The position numbers and the translations under genes are program-made. Under the pieces are notes generated by a model. It was not told the origin of the DNA. It ran no database searches and was given only the letters and a program-made list of their open reading frames with translations. From positions 1 to 34,840 of IMG/VR virus record IMGVR_UViG_3300045837_000056: DNA of 34,840 nt; one strand, written 5' to 3'. Below, in pieces: positions 17,638 through 25,720 of this stretch (position 1 is the first letter of the stretch; each line of letters starts with the position of its first letter). This DNA comes from a virus (lineage: Duplodnaviria > Caudoviricetes).

Positions 17638-18681
17638 TTACGAGGGATAAGTGGTGCCGTTGGAAATCACGCCGCACGGTCGGCGGTTTTTCGTGACAAA
17701 TTGCAATGTGCTGTCGATGAAGTGCGAGGCGATGTTGTGCTGCCCGGGGGTGTTCTTGATGTTCGTCTCGCGCAGCCACCAGCCGCGATGCACGTAAGTC
17801 TTGAACCAACCCCAGTTGATGGCGTAGAACGGGTTGGTCGTATCGCGGTCCAGCCACGGCACCCAGGTAACGGGCACGCGGCGGAACATGGCCTTGCCGT
17901 CCATGCTGGCGACATCGTGGCCGAGGTTGTCGTTCTGGCTCTCCAGGAGGAGTTCCAGCGCCGCCTTGACGGGGTAGTTCGTGTAGAAGCCGTATTCGTC
18001 GCCCGTGTTCGGGGACGGGATGCCATCGGTGGCCGGCTCGAACACCATCTTGTCGGCCATTTCGCGGGCGACGACCACGAAATCGTCACGCGACACGGTG
18101 GTGTAGGGCGCGGTGAAGTTGTTCCAGTTCGCGTAGGTGGTCGGGGACAGGCCGGCGACCGTGGTGTAGCCGGTCAGCGTGCCGCCGTTGAAGCCCTTGG
18201 TGCCGTTCTTGGTAATCCAGTACGGCACGCCCAGCGGGGTCAAGCTGTCCGTCGCGGACGGCGCGGCCCAGAAGTTGGCCTCCATCAGCTCGGCCAGGGA
18301 GATCATGGCCATGAGGCGCTGCTGGAGCACCCAGTCCACGATCCGCGACGGCTCCCGGTTCATGTCCGCAAGCTGGGCGATGACCATGTAGCTCGTTTGC
18401 ACGAAGCGCCAGACGGTGGACGCCTGCACCATCCCGTCCACGAGATTGACGTTATCGCTCTCGGCCGGGGACACGTTGCGGGCGGCGTTCGACTGTGCCG
18501 CCAGCACGTTGAACTGGATGCCCTGGCCCGAGTCCAGCACCGCGCGATTGGCGCGGAGCAGGGTCTTCATCGCCGTATGGCGCTGCAAGTTCGAGGAGAT
18601 GTCCGTGAACTTCGGCTTGCCCAGGTCTTTGAGGGTGTCATTTACGAAGTCAAGGACATTTTCGGCCTGAATTACCGCCAT
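17638..18681 (-). CDS. Major capsid protein (HK97 fold inferred)
   Basis: 347 aa directly after the scaffold. GGAGG RBS, strong GC3 bias; FRRVPVTWVPWLD, NPFYAINW and NRRPCGVI segments. Confidence 0.8.
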   Translation of the reverse strand: MAVIQAENVLDFVNDTLKDLGKPKFTDISSNLQRHTAMKTLLRANRAVLDSGQGIQFNVLAAQSNAARNVSPAESDNVNLVDGMVQASTVWRFVQTSYMVIAQLADMNREPSRIVDWVLQQRLMAMISLAELMEANFWAAPSATDSLTPLGVPYWITKNGTKGFNGGTLTGYTTVAGLSPTTYANWNNFTAPYTTVSRDDFVVVAREMADKMVFEPATDGIPSPNTGDEYGFYTNYPVKAALELLLESQNDNLGHDVASMDGKAMFRRVPVTWVPWLDRDTTNPFYAINWGWFKTYVHRGWWLRETNIKNTPGQHNIASHFIDSTLQFVTKNRRPCGVISNGTTYPS

Positions 18682-18714
18682 TGCCCTCCGGTCCTAACTA
18701 GCTCTTTCAGGTCT

Positions 18715-19722
18715 TTAGCCGAGTAGGGTGTCGAGGAGTTCGCTATCGCCGGCTTCCTCGTTGTCGCCGCGTACCTCGCGCATCTTGGCGCGGAGGTTGT
18801 CCACCGCCTTCTGCCGCCCGTTCGGCTCGGCCGCGCCGTTGCGCGACGTGGGCCGCGCCGTGCCGCCGTTCATCCAGCGCTCCTCGCTGATCGGCGGCTG
18901 CGCGGCGGGCTGGGTGTACGGGTTCGGGGGCGCGACCGCCGGCGCGGCGCGCTGCCAGCGCTTCAAAACCGCGCTGAGCTGGCTGACCACGGTGTGCGGG
19001 TTCACGTCGTCGGGGTTGATGCCCCCGAGGGTCAGCGCGTCGCGGCGGCACTGGAGTTCGGGGGACTGGGGGTTGAGCGCTTCCGCCGGCCCCTCGCCAA
19101 AGAGTTCCTTGCACTCGGGATGCTTCTGGACCAGCTTGGCGAAGGCGGCGTTGAGGATTTGGTGGCTGCTCAGGCGCTGGCGCTGGATCTGGAGCTGGTC
19201 GCGCTGCTCGAAGCCCTTGGTCACTTCATCGCGGAGCGCCTTGGCCTCGGCCAGCGCCTCGTGTCCCTTGCGCGCGGCCTTGACCAGCGTTTTGAGCGCG
19301 CCCTTGAAATCCGGTTCGTAGTCGTACTTGTCGAACACGGATTCGATTTGCGCCAGTTCATCGACCGCCGGCGCGGCGGGCGCGGGCTGCGCGGGGGCCT
19401 GCTGCTGGCGGGCCTGTTGCCACTGGCTGAAAAGCTGCTGCTGGGTCGCGCGCTGGGCGTCGAGGGCGGCCTTGACGGCGACGTTCAGGGCGCGGGCGTC
19501 GAGGCCGGTGATCGCATCTTCAGGAATGCCGACCTGCCGGGCCTGCTCCACGAGCCAGTCGGGAGCGGACGGAGTGGCAGGGGGAGTTGCGGAGGGGGTA
19601 GGCTGCTGCGCGACGAAGCGGCCCGTGGCGGGGTCGCGCGGCGGCGTTTCGGGCATTTGACGGGAAGTGTCGCCCAGGTCGTAAGGATCGGTCTGCGGCG
19701 TCTGCGATTCGGTTCCGGCCAC
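18715..19722 (-). CDS. Capsid scaffolding protein
   Basis: 335 aa with PRDPATGRFV motif; P/Q/A-rich and helical; immediately upstream of the MCP. Confidence 0.75.
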   Translation of the reverse strand: MAGTESQTPQTDPYDLGDTSRQMPETPPRDPATGRFVAQQPTPSATPPATPSAPDWLVEQARQVGIPEDAITGLDARALNVAVKAALDAQRATQQQLFSQWQQARQQQAPAQPAPAAPAVDELAQIESVFDKYDYEPDFKGALKTLVKAARKGHEALAEAKALRDEVTKGFEQRDQLQIQRQRLSSHQILNAAFAKLVQKHPECKELFGEGPAEALNPQSPELQCRRDALTLGGINPDDVNPHTVVSQLSAVLKRWQRAAPAVAPPNPYTQPAAQPPISEERWMNGGTARPTSRNGAAEPNGRQKAVDNLRAKMREVRGDNEEAGDSELLDTLLG

Positions 19723-19771
19723 CCCTTCGTGCCGTTTCTAGCTCTTTCGTGTCACCGTCCTGTCGCAGATG

Positions 19772-19801
19772 AATGTATGGATATACGTGGATGGGTGTCA
19801 A
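19772..19801 (-). promoter_or_regulatory. Sigma70-like promoter for scaffold/capsid genes
   Basis: TTGACA (19801-19796), 18-nt spacer, TACATT (19777-19772), in an AT-richer patch. Confidence 0.55.
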
Positions 19802-19895
19802 GACCGCTTGCGGCCGGCGATGCCGCCTTTCCAGCCCCAGTCGCCTTTGCTGCCTTTGCGGTGGTGCAAGGTGCGCTGGCCAGCGAGCCACTCCA

Positions 19896-20306
19896 TCACT
19901 TTCTCGAAGTGGTCGCGCGAAGCCTGGATGGCGGGGTGGAGTCGTTTCCGCACCATACCGGACACCTCCAGGAAGGGGCCACGGGGGGCCAGCCGTAAAG
20001 CTGCCAGTCCCAGGTCGCGCGCGCGCGCCGGGCCTGGTCCAGCCGATGCTCCAGATAGCAGTGGGGATTGGCGGCGTCGGCCAGTTGGCCCCACAGCTCG
20101 CGCAGCGTCCGCGTCTCGTGCAGCGCCGGCAATGCCCAGTCGCTGTAGGTGCCGCCCAGTTCACTGAGGCGGGTGTAGTGGTATTCGAGTTTGCCGAGGG
20201 TGCCGTTCTCGACCCACAGGCTCAGGGAGAAGTCGTAAGGGGGCAGCCGGTCCAGTTCGCTCTGCGCCTGGACGGAGAGAATCAGGGCCAGCGCCGCTTG
20301 CGTCAT
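19896..20306 (-). CDS. Hypothetical protein with short hydrophobic N-terminus
   Basis: 136 aa; ATGA overlap with the upstream gene. Confidence 0.6.
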   Translation of the reverse strand: MTQAALALILSVQAQSELDRLPPYDFSLSLWVENGTLGKLEYHYTRLSELGGTYSDWALPALHETRTLRELWGQLADAANPHCYLEHRLDQARRARATWDWQLYGWPPVAPSWRCPVWCGNDSTPPSRLRATTSRK

Positions 20307-20557
20307 GAGTCAATGATGCGAAAGTGCAGCCACTCGTTGTCGGCGGTGTAGATGAACTCGCGCGTGTCGCGCTTCTGGCCCGCCTTCACCGGGGGCCAGA
20401 GGGCGTAGCGGAACAGTTCTTCCATGTAGGCGTGCGGCTTGCCTTGCAGGTCAAAGGGAACCCGGAGCGCCCCCGTGATGATCCGCGCTCCCTCGCGGAT
20501 GCGCTTGCCGTGGGCGAAGCGCGGGTTCCACTGAATCGCCGGGGCGTCCGTGTCCAT
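20303..20557 (-). CDS. Hypothetical protein
   Basis: 84 aa; GGAG RBS. Confidence 0.6.
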   Translation of the reverse strand: MDTDAPAIQWNPRFAHGKRIREGARIITGALRVPFDLQGKPHAYMEELFRYALWPPVKAGQKRDTREFIYTADNEWLHFRIIDS

Positions 20558-20569
20558 AGTGACTCCAGA

Positions 20570-20776
20570 TCAACACGGCTCGACAGAGACGTTGACCCAG
20601 TACGATTTGCCCAGTTCAAAGGGATTACTGTCAAATCCCACGTCTAACTCCAACGTTCCCGCCGGATGCTGCGGGGCATCCGATGGGTAAATCGTGTGAA
20701 ATTTGGCGGTGTGGACCTCGTTATCCCTCGCGTAAACACGTTTGCCTACATCGGAGCACATTAGCTTAAGCCGCAT
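20570..20776 (-). CDS. Hypothetical small beta protein
   Basis: 68 aa; GGAGG RBS; PAGTLEL...FELGKSYWV. Confidence 0.65.
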   Translation of the reverse strand: MRLKLMCSDVGKRVYARDNEVHTAKFHTIYPSDAPQHPAGTLELDVGFDSNPFELGKSYWVNVSVEPC

Positions 20777-20779
20777 CCC

Positions 20780-21184
20780 TTACCTCCAGTACGTCACGTA
20801 CACGTACCGCCGCGCCGGGTAGGAGTAGTACGTGTACCGCACGGGATAAGAAAACGTCGCTCCGCATGTGCAATTGACGCAATTGCACACGCCCGTGGAC
20901 CAGCACTGGCACCCGGTAGCATCTCGTGCTACCGTCTGCGGAGCGACAGAAGCAGGTGCCGGGGCTACCTCGATAGGCCCTGAGACAGGAGTAGCCGCCG
21001 GCACCGTGTACGTGGGCATCGGCTGATAGATCGGCGTGAACACCGGCACGGGATTGGCATACCCGCGACTAAAGAAGCTGGGGCGGCAACTGCCGCCAGG
21101 ACACGTTGAACATTGCGCCCGTGCGGCGGTACATGCGCCGATCCAGAACGCCGCCCCGAGCAGCACAAGTAAAAGCCTCTTCAT
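20780..21184 (-). CDS. Secreted Cys-rich protein (134 aa; start trimmed from track ORF)
   Basis: AAAGGAGAGAAC-ATG at 21184. Signal peptide MKRLLLVLLGAAFWIGACTAARA; CSTCPGGSC and CQCWSTGVCNCVNCTC clusters; Tyr-rich tail. Confidence 0.75.
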   Translation of the reverse strand: MKRLLLVLLGAAFWIGACTAARAQCSTCPGGSCRPSFFSRGYANPVPVFTPIYQPMPTYTVPAATPVSGPIEVAPAPASVAPQTVARDATGCQCWSTGVCNCVNCTCGATFSYPVRYTYYSYPARRYVYVTYWR

Positions 21185-21195
21185 GTTCTCTCCTT

Positions 21196-21429
21196 TTAGC
21201 TCGCCTTCGCGCAAAGCGAAATAGTGCCCGACGGAGCGCTCCAGTTGCTTTTCCAGTATGGTCCGATCCACGGCCGATAGGGCACCGGGTACGGCGTCGG
21301 CACCGTCACCGTGCGCGGCTCTGGGAACATTTCATCCAGAGCGGATTTCAATTCCTTGAGCTGAGCAAGCGAAAGCGAAATCGTCTTGCCGCCGATCTTG
21401 ATCTCAATCTTGGTAATCACATCGTTCAT
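21196..21429 (-). CDS. Hypothetical protein (77 aa)
   Basis: Same AAAGGAGAGAAC-ATG initiation region; MNDVITKIEIKIGGKTISLSLAQLKELK. Confidence 0.7.
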   Translation of the reverse strand: MNDVITKIEIKIGGKTISLSLAQLKELKSALDEMFPEPRTVTVPTPYPVPYRPWIGPYWKSNWSAPSGTISLCAKAS

Positions 21430-21439
21430 GTTCTCTCCT

Positions 21440-21916
21440 TTACGTCCCTTGCGGCACGACCTGACCAATGGTTTCCACAAGCTGCGTGGCGAACTGCTCG
21501 GGCGGGTTGGTCACGGTGAAGTCAATCGCCGGCCCGGTGATGGTCTTGCCGTTGGCCAGGGCCGTGGGCGTGATCGACCCCTTGCCCGCCTTGCTGCCAC
21601 GCACCAGCGCCGACAGGCCGTCCGCTGCCGGTACGATGGTCACCAGGCCCTGCGTGTCCACCGGGTAGGTCGCGGGGCCGTCAATCAGGCCGGGATTGCC
21701 GGCGGCGTCCACGGGGGCCACCATGATCGTGAATTGCTGGGTGGTGTCGAGCGTAACCATGATCTTTCCTTTCACGAAGTAAACCCGAATGCAGTGGCCC
21801 CGGATACGGACCCAGAGCCGTTTAGCGTGATGCCGTGGATGCATACGGAAAAGGAAGTAAGCAAGGCCGATTCCAAAGAGGCCCAGCGCCGACCAGTACA
21901 TCCAGGCGATCATCAA
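21440..21916 (-). CDS. N-terminally membrane-anchored Ig-like protein; possible internal start at 21760
   Basis: TM segment aa 3-23, basic linker, then an Ig-like beta domain (APVDAAGNP...GLSALV...GSITPTA). Confidence 0.65.
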   Translation of the reverse strand: MMIAWMYWSALGLFGIGLAYFLFRMHPRHHAKRLWVRIRGHCIRVYFVKGKIMVTLDTTQQFTIMVAPVDAAGNPGLIDGPATYPVDTQGLVTIVPAADGLSALVRGSKAGKGSITPTALANGKTITGPAIDFTVTNPPEQFATQLVETIGQVVPQGT

Positions 21917-22131
21917 AACGTCCCCTCGCGGGCCTTGAGCTTGTCCACCACGTCGGCCAGCTTCTTCGTGTCAATCCCCGCGTGCGGGAAGTTGATGAGC
22001 GTTTCCAGGTAGGCGACCAGGGCCGCCCAGCCGCCCTTGGCAAAGGCCGCTTCGGCCGCCTGGAGAATCGCCGGCGCGACCTGCAAGATGGTGGCCAACA
22101 GGGCCATGATTTGAAAGATGTTCATTGTCAT
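21913..22131 (-). CDS. Small amphipathic/membrane protein (holin-like candidate)
   Basis: 72 aa; hydrophobic N-half and charged C-terminus; GGAGG RBS; ATGA overlaps at both ends. Confidence 0.55.
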   Translation of the reverse strand: MTMNIFQIMALLATILQVAPAILQAAEAAFAKGGWAALVAYLETLINFPHAGIDTKKLADVVDKLKAREGTF

Positions 22132-22328
22132 ACCTCCACCGGAAAATCGTGAATCAACACCGTGTATGTCTTCCCTTCCTTGAGGGACAGTTGCATGTCC
22201 TCCAGGCTGATGTAGCCGGGGTGGCCGTCGGCGCGCTCCAGGCGGGCCACGCAGTTCTTGGCCCGCGTGCAGCGGTAGGGGGCCTCGATGTGGGCCGTCA
22301 GTCCATCGGCAGGTCGTCTTTGCCCCAT
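22128..22328 (-). CDS. Hypothetical protein (start uncertain)
   Basis: ...HIEAPYRCTRAKNCVARLERADG...LKEGKTYTVLI; ATGA-coupled to the next gene. Confidence 0.5.
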   Translation of the reverse strand: MGQRRPADGLTAHIEAPYRCTRAKNCVARLERADGHPGYISLEDMQLSLKEGKTYTVLIHDFPVEV

Positions 22329-22453
22329 GTCAAATCCCAGATGGTCTTGAGGAACACCCACGGCAGCACCACCACGAGCACCGGCAGCGCCAGGCAACCA
22401 TAAAGGCACGAGACGCCCAGGTTGCTATTCCAGGGCCAGTCACCCTTTTTCAT
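22298..22453 (-). CDS. Small single-TM membrane protein (51 aa)
   Basis: MKKGDWPWNSNLGVSCLYGCLALPVLVVVLPWVFLKTIWDLTWGKDDLPMD; start overlaps the end of the upstream gene. Confidence 0.5.
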   Translation of the reverse strand: MKKGDWPWNSNLGVSCLYGCLALPVLVVVLPWVFLKTIWDLTWGKDDLPMD

Positions 22454-22730
22454 GGAGTGCGTCCGCAAACTTCGCAGCCTTGTCGGCGTGGGGGGCGTAC
22501 CAGCTATCCGGCACTTCTTCCACACCCTGCTCCAAAACCAGCATCTCCGCAATTGCCCCTGCCGGAAAAGGCATCCCGATCCCAAAGCCAGGGGACTGCG
22601 CAAAGGTCAGGCGAGCCTCTGGGGGCAGACGCAGAATGTTCTCTTTGAGTTCATCCGCTTCCTCGCGGGTGGGCTTCTCACCAATCAGCCCAAAGGTGTC
22701 GCCTTTGAGGCGTGCCACTAAGCCGAACAT
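22440..22730 (-). CDS. Hypothetical protein
   Basis: 96 aa; starts 2 nt after the protease stop codon. Confidence 0.6.
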   Translation of the reverse strand: MFGLVARLKGDTFGLIGEKPTREEADELKENILRLPPEARLTFAQSPGFGIGMPFPAGAIAEMLVLEQGVEEVPDSWYAPHADKAAKFADALHEKG

Positions 22731-22732
22731 GC

Positions 22733-24166
22733 CTAGAAAACCCTCCCGCTCACATGCAGCTCCGGCCGCTCCAGGTAGCGATACCAGCCGTGCCCGTCAA
22801 GAAACAGAAAGCCCAGGTGTTCGTAGAGGTCGTGCTGCACCCCCGGCTGCACATGCCGCGAAGGCACGAGGTACGAGGACTTCACCGGCGGCTCGGTCGT
22901 CTTGGGCGGGGCCTTCTTGGTGCGAATCTTGTCCAGTGCGTCGAGCAGTTGCGGCACCGTCATGTTGGGGCTGATGGTGACGGTGCCCGACTGGTCGATG
23001 ACTTGCTGCACCTGATCGGGGGTGAGGGTGATCGTGACCGGGAGGCCCGGCGTCGGCGTGCCTGATACCGTTAACACCAGCGTGGCCGAACCCAAGCCAC
23101 TGGAGTTCGCCGCACTGATGACCACCGAACTGGTCCCGGTCACGGTGGGGCTGCCCGTGATCGCGCCCGTACTCTGGTTGACCGTCAGCCCCACCGGCAG
23201 GCCCGTCGCGTTGTACGCGCTGGGATTGTTGGTCGCCGTGATTTGATAGGTGAACGTCTGCCCCACCACCGCACTGGCCACGATGGGGGAAGTGATGACG
23301 GGTGAGGACGGCGGGGGCGGGGCCGCGCCGCCGTCCACCCAGATGGCTTCGGTGCCGATGTCGTTACTGCCGTAGGCGATCTTCATGTATCCTTGCTCGC
23401 CCCACCCGGTTCCCCAGGAGTTGAGCATAATCCAGTAGCCGCCAGTGGAGATTTGAGGGTCATCGTGCCACCCGACGAGAATAACATCGTGATCTATCGA
23501 GTGTCCTCTGCCTTGGAACACGCCACCAGAATAAGAATCAAAACCGCCAGCATCAACTGCACACCCAATTGGTCCATATTGCACCATGCAGTTCTTGATG
23601 TCCTGGGTGCTGGCCACGCCGTTGCCGTCCGTCGTGCAGAAGCCCCAGTCCTTGATGCGGTAAAGCTTCATTGAGGAGTTGTAACGGCAGTTCCCCGAGG
23701 AAGCCGTGTACGGTCCATAGTCCGCCTGGGTGGGCAAGCCCACGTTCTTCGCATGTTCCGTCACCGTGGTATTGTCGTCGCCGTTACAGCCGCCATTGTT
23801 GTAGCAGTCCATCGTGTACTGCTGGCACAGGTAGGTGGTGCCGTCGTTCTTGAGCGTGCCGGCCTTGTAGAGCGCGAAGGTGACGACGCCCGTGCCCGAG
23901 AAGTTCCAGCAGCTCCCACACTGCCCCTGGTCCTGCACCGGCCCGACGATGCCCAGCGTGCGGCAGTCATAGTCCGCCGCCGTCGCCCTGGGCAGCGCCT
24001 TGAGCTTATGGCCGTGGAGCAAGACGGAGCGCTGTTTCATCTGCGCCAGGTTCTTGGGCGGAATCCGGCCGCGCTGGTACTGCTTCGGAGCGGGGGCCTG
24101 TCCAAGCAGGGGGAGGCACACGGTGAAGAGGAGTGCCATCCCTAAAAGCCGCGCACACGTCCGCAT
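22733..24166 (-). CDS. Secreted papain-family (C1A) cysteine protease with putative Ig-like domain
   Basis: Signal peptide; QDQGQCGSCWNF (oxyanion Gln, catalytic Cys), IDHDVILVGW (His), YWIMLNSWGTGWGEQGY (Asn). Pro linker, then PVITS...YQITAT...GLPVGLTVN..TGAITGSP Ig-like domain. AAGGAG RBS. Confidence 0.92.
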   Translation of the reverse strand: MRTCARLLGMALLFTVCLPLLGQAPAPKQYQRGRIPPKNLAQMKQRSVLLHGHKLKALPRATAADYDCRTLGIVGPVQDQGQCGSCWNFSGTGVVTFALYKAGTLKNDGTTYLCQQYTMDCYNNGGCNGDDNTTVTEHAKNVGLPTQADYGPYTASSGNCRYNSSMKLYRIKDWGFCTTDGNGVASTQDIKNCMVQYGPIGCAVDAGGFDSYSGGVFQGRGHSIDHDVILVGWHDDPQISTGGYWIMLNSWGTGWGEQGYMKIAYGSNDIGTEAIWVDGGAAPPPPSSPVITSPIVASAVVGQTFTYQITATNNPSAYNATGLPVGLTVNQSTGAITGSPTVTGTSSVVISAANSSGLGSATLVLTVSGTPTPGLPVTITLTPDQVQQVIDQSGTVTISPNMTVPQLLDALDKIRTKKAPPKTTEPPVKSSYLVPSRHVQPGVQHDLYEHLGFLFLDGHGWYRYLERPELHVSGRVF

Positions 24167-24389
24167 GATATTGCTCCTTGGCTTCGGTCAGTTCGAGTTG
24201 TTTTTCTTTGATGAGATATTTCTGCTCGGCCACGTCCGCGTCGTACTTGGCATCTCTTACGACATCGGCGGGACAGGCCCCTTGAAGGAAAAGCTGGTCG
24301 CGGTCCTCGTGGCGTTCCTGGCAAAGCTGGAGCCAGAGGCGGGCGATTTCGAGTTTGGCCTTGGCGATGGTGACGGTAGGTGCTTCCAC
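24006..24389 (-). CDS. Hypothetical helical protein; 3' part overlaps the protease gene
   Basis: GTG with GGAGG RBS directly after a promoter. First ~75 aa are helical; the last ~50 aa lie out of frame over the protease start. Confidence 0.5.
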   Translation of the reverse strand: MEAPTVTIAKAKLEIARLWLQLCQERHEDRDQLFLQGACPADVVRDAKYDADVAEQKYLIKEKQLELTEAKEQYHADVCAAFRDGTPLHRVPPPAWTGPRSEAVPARPDSAQEPGADETALRLAPRP

Positions 24390-24413
24390 GTTTGGCCCTC
24401 CGTGAATCGCCTT

Positions 24414-24455
24414 ACTGTATCTCGGATTTTTAAGGTGTCAATCCGTACACCTTAA
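24414..24455 (-). promoter_or_regulatory. Sigma70-like promoter with overlapping palindromic operator
   Basis: TTGACA (24441-24436), 16-nt spacer, TACAGT (24419-24414). Perfect inverted repeat TTAAGGTGT-N8-ACACCTTAA at 24430-24455. Confidence 0.65.
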
Positions 24456-24466
24456 TTTAAGCCCGC

Positions 24467-24673
24467 CTAATGAGGTGCGCCGGGATCGAGTGGCCGTTGG
24501 GGCTTGGGCATGATCGGTACGCCGACAAGGATGCCGAAGGCGATGGGCCAGACCTGCCGAAGAGTCGGCGGTACGATATATCCCAGCGGCGGCAATAGCG
24601 CCTCACAAGCCATGCCGCCAACAGAGATAACAGCAAGGGCAACCACCACGATACGAGGAATCCAAACATCCAT
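24467..24673 (-). CDS. Small two-TM membrane protein (holin-like candidate)
   Basis: 68 aa; hydrophobic stretches IVVVALAVISVGGMA and VWPIAFGILVGVPI. Confidence 0.55.
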   Translation of the reverse strand: MDVWIPRIVVVALAVISVGGMACEALLPPLGYIVPPTLRQVWPIAFGILVGVPIMPKPQRPLDPGAPH

Positions 24674-24688
24674 CCCCCATCCCTTTCT

Positions 24689-24841
24689 TTATTCGGCCGC
24701 CAAAAGGTGTTCGTCGTAGAGCTTGCCCATCAAATCCTTGCCCATTGCTGCCGCCTGCTCGGGCGTCACGCCCTGCCCGCGCAGATAGTCCTCAATGACC
24801 ACGCGCGTGCGCAACAGCACGTCCAGCCATTCCTCACTCAT
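24689..24841 (-). CDS. Small hypothetical protein (50 aa; below track cut-off)
   Basis: ATGA coupling; MSEEWLDVLLRTRVVIEDYLRGQGVTPEQAAAMGKDLMGKLYDEHLLAAE. Confidence 0.6.
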   Translation of the reverse strand: MSEEWLDVLLRTRVVIEDYLRGQGVTPEQAAAMGKDLMGKLYDEHLLAAE

Positions 24842-25317
24842 GGGAGCTTACCGCCCGGATAGGAGTCGGTGGCCTCGCCCACAAAGCCCACGCCTTCATC
24901 AATGTAAGGACTGATGCCGATCTGCTCCTCGCGGCTGGGCAAGCGCCCGCAAGTGCTTCCGCCCGTCTCATCCCCGTAGCAACCGTCGTTGTCGTGGCAG
25001 CCTTCCAGCCTCATCAAATCGCGCCGAGCGCCGCGATCTGAAAGGATGGCGCGGCCGTCTGGGGCGTAATCCACACAAACCCCATGCCGGCGATTTCTTT
25101 CCTGAGCGGCGGCAATTTGAGAGGGATGGACCGCAAGGGCATCTGATAATAGTGGCCACGCGCCAGCGTGATGGCCACGCGGAGCTGCTCGTTCCAGAAG
25201 CATCGCCTCACTCCGGGACGGAAGCGCCGCATCGAATTCCTCTGCCGAGACTTCCCTGCCGTCTACTTCATGGCGGACGGCGCGGCCGAGGGTATCATAA
25301 GAAACCTTACAACGCAC
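24838..25317 (-). CDS. Conserved-looking portal-proximal phage protein
   Basis: 159 aa; WPLLSDALAVHPSQI...DGRAIL...DGCYGD. I recall this pattern from genes between portal and scaffold in related phages (unverified). Confidence 0.6.
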   Translation of the reverse strand: MRCKVSYDTLGRAVRHEVDGREVSAEEFDAALPSRSEAMLLERAAPRGHHAGAWPLLSDALAVHPSQIAAAQERNRRHGVCVDYAPDGRAILSDRGARRDLMRLEGCHDNDGCYGDETGGSTCGRLPSREEQIGISPYIDEGVGFVGEATDSYPGGKLP

Positions 25318-25720
25318 CGCCCTCCGTCCTGACCAGCTCTTTCATGGGAAGGGCGACGCCAATATCCGGGCGCGGCGGGTCTTGAGCGATGATGCTTGAT
25401 ATGTAGCGCGCCGCTGTTGGCTCGCCCCGCGCCAGCTTCGCCAGCTCGGCCACGCTCTGGTGGAAGCACTCCACGATGTACTTGTCCCGGTCGGGCATCT
25501 CGTCGGGCACGTAGTAGTTGCAGGTCGCAAACTTCGAGCGCGGGCTTTTCTTGCCGTAGCAGTCCGCAAATGTCACGTCCAGGTAAACCCATGCACCCGG
25601 CACACGCTGAGACACGTCAATCTCGGAAACGAAGCAAGAGCCCTTCACGCAGTTGGGTATCTCCGCTTCCCAGCCTGCAAGCGGCACGAGGAGCGCCTTG
25701 ATGTCACTTAGGTCTTTCAT
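25307..25720 (-). CDS. Hypothetical protein
   Basis: 137 aa; ATGA coupling. Confidence 0.65.
   Translation of the reverse strand: MKDLSDIKALLVPLAGWEAEIPNCVKGSCFVSEIDVSQRVPGAWVYLDVTFADCYGKKSPRSKFATCNYYVPDEMPDRDKYIVECFHQSVAELAKLARGEPTAARYISSIIAQDPPRPDIGVALPMKELVRTEGGAL

Noticed and set aside
16165-18726. Long plus-strand ORFs (853 aa here; also 1583-3349, 6286-8118, 9767-11953, 26823-27902, 28045-29856)
   Set aside because: Antisense shadows of GC3-rich minus-strand genes; no recognisable motifs, and they overlap well-supported genes.
19798-19896. 32-aa ORF MEWLAGQRTLHHRKGSKGDWGWKGG...
   Set aside because: TGATG-coupled but very short, and its stop overlaps the -35 of the capsid promoter; insufficient evidence.
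22733-24166. C1A protease as the prohead maturation protease
   Set aside because: The location fits, but the signal peptide, multiple Cys residues and Ig-like domain point to export, and a separate scaffold gene is present.
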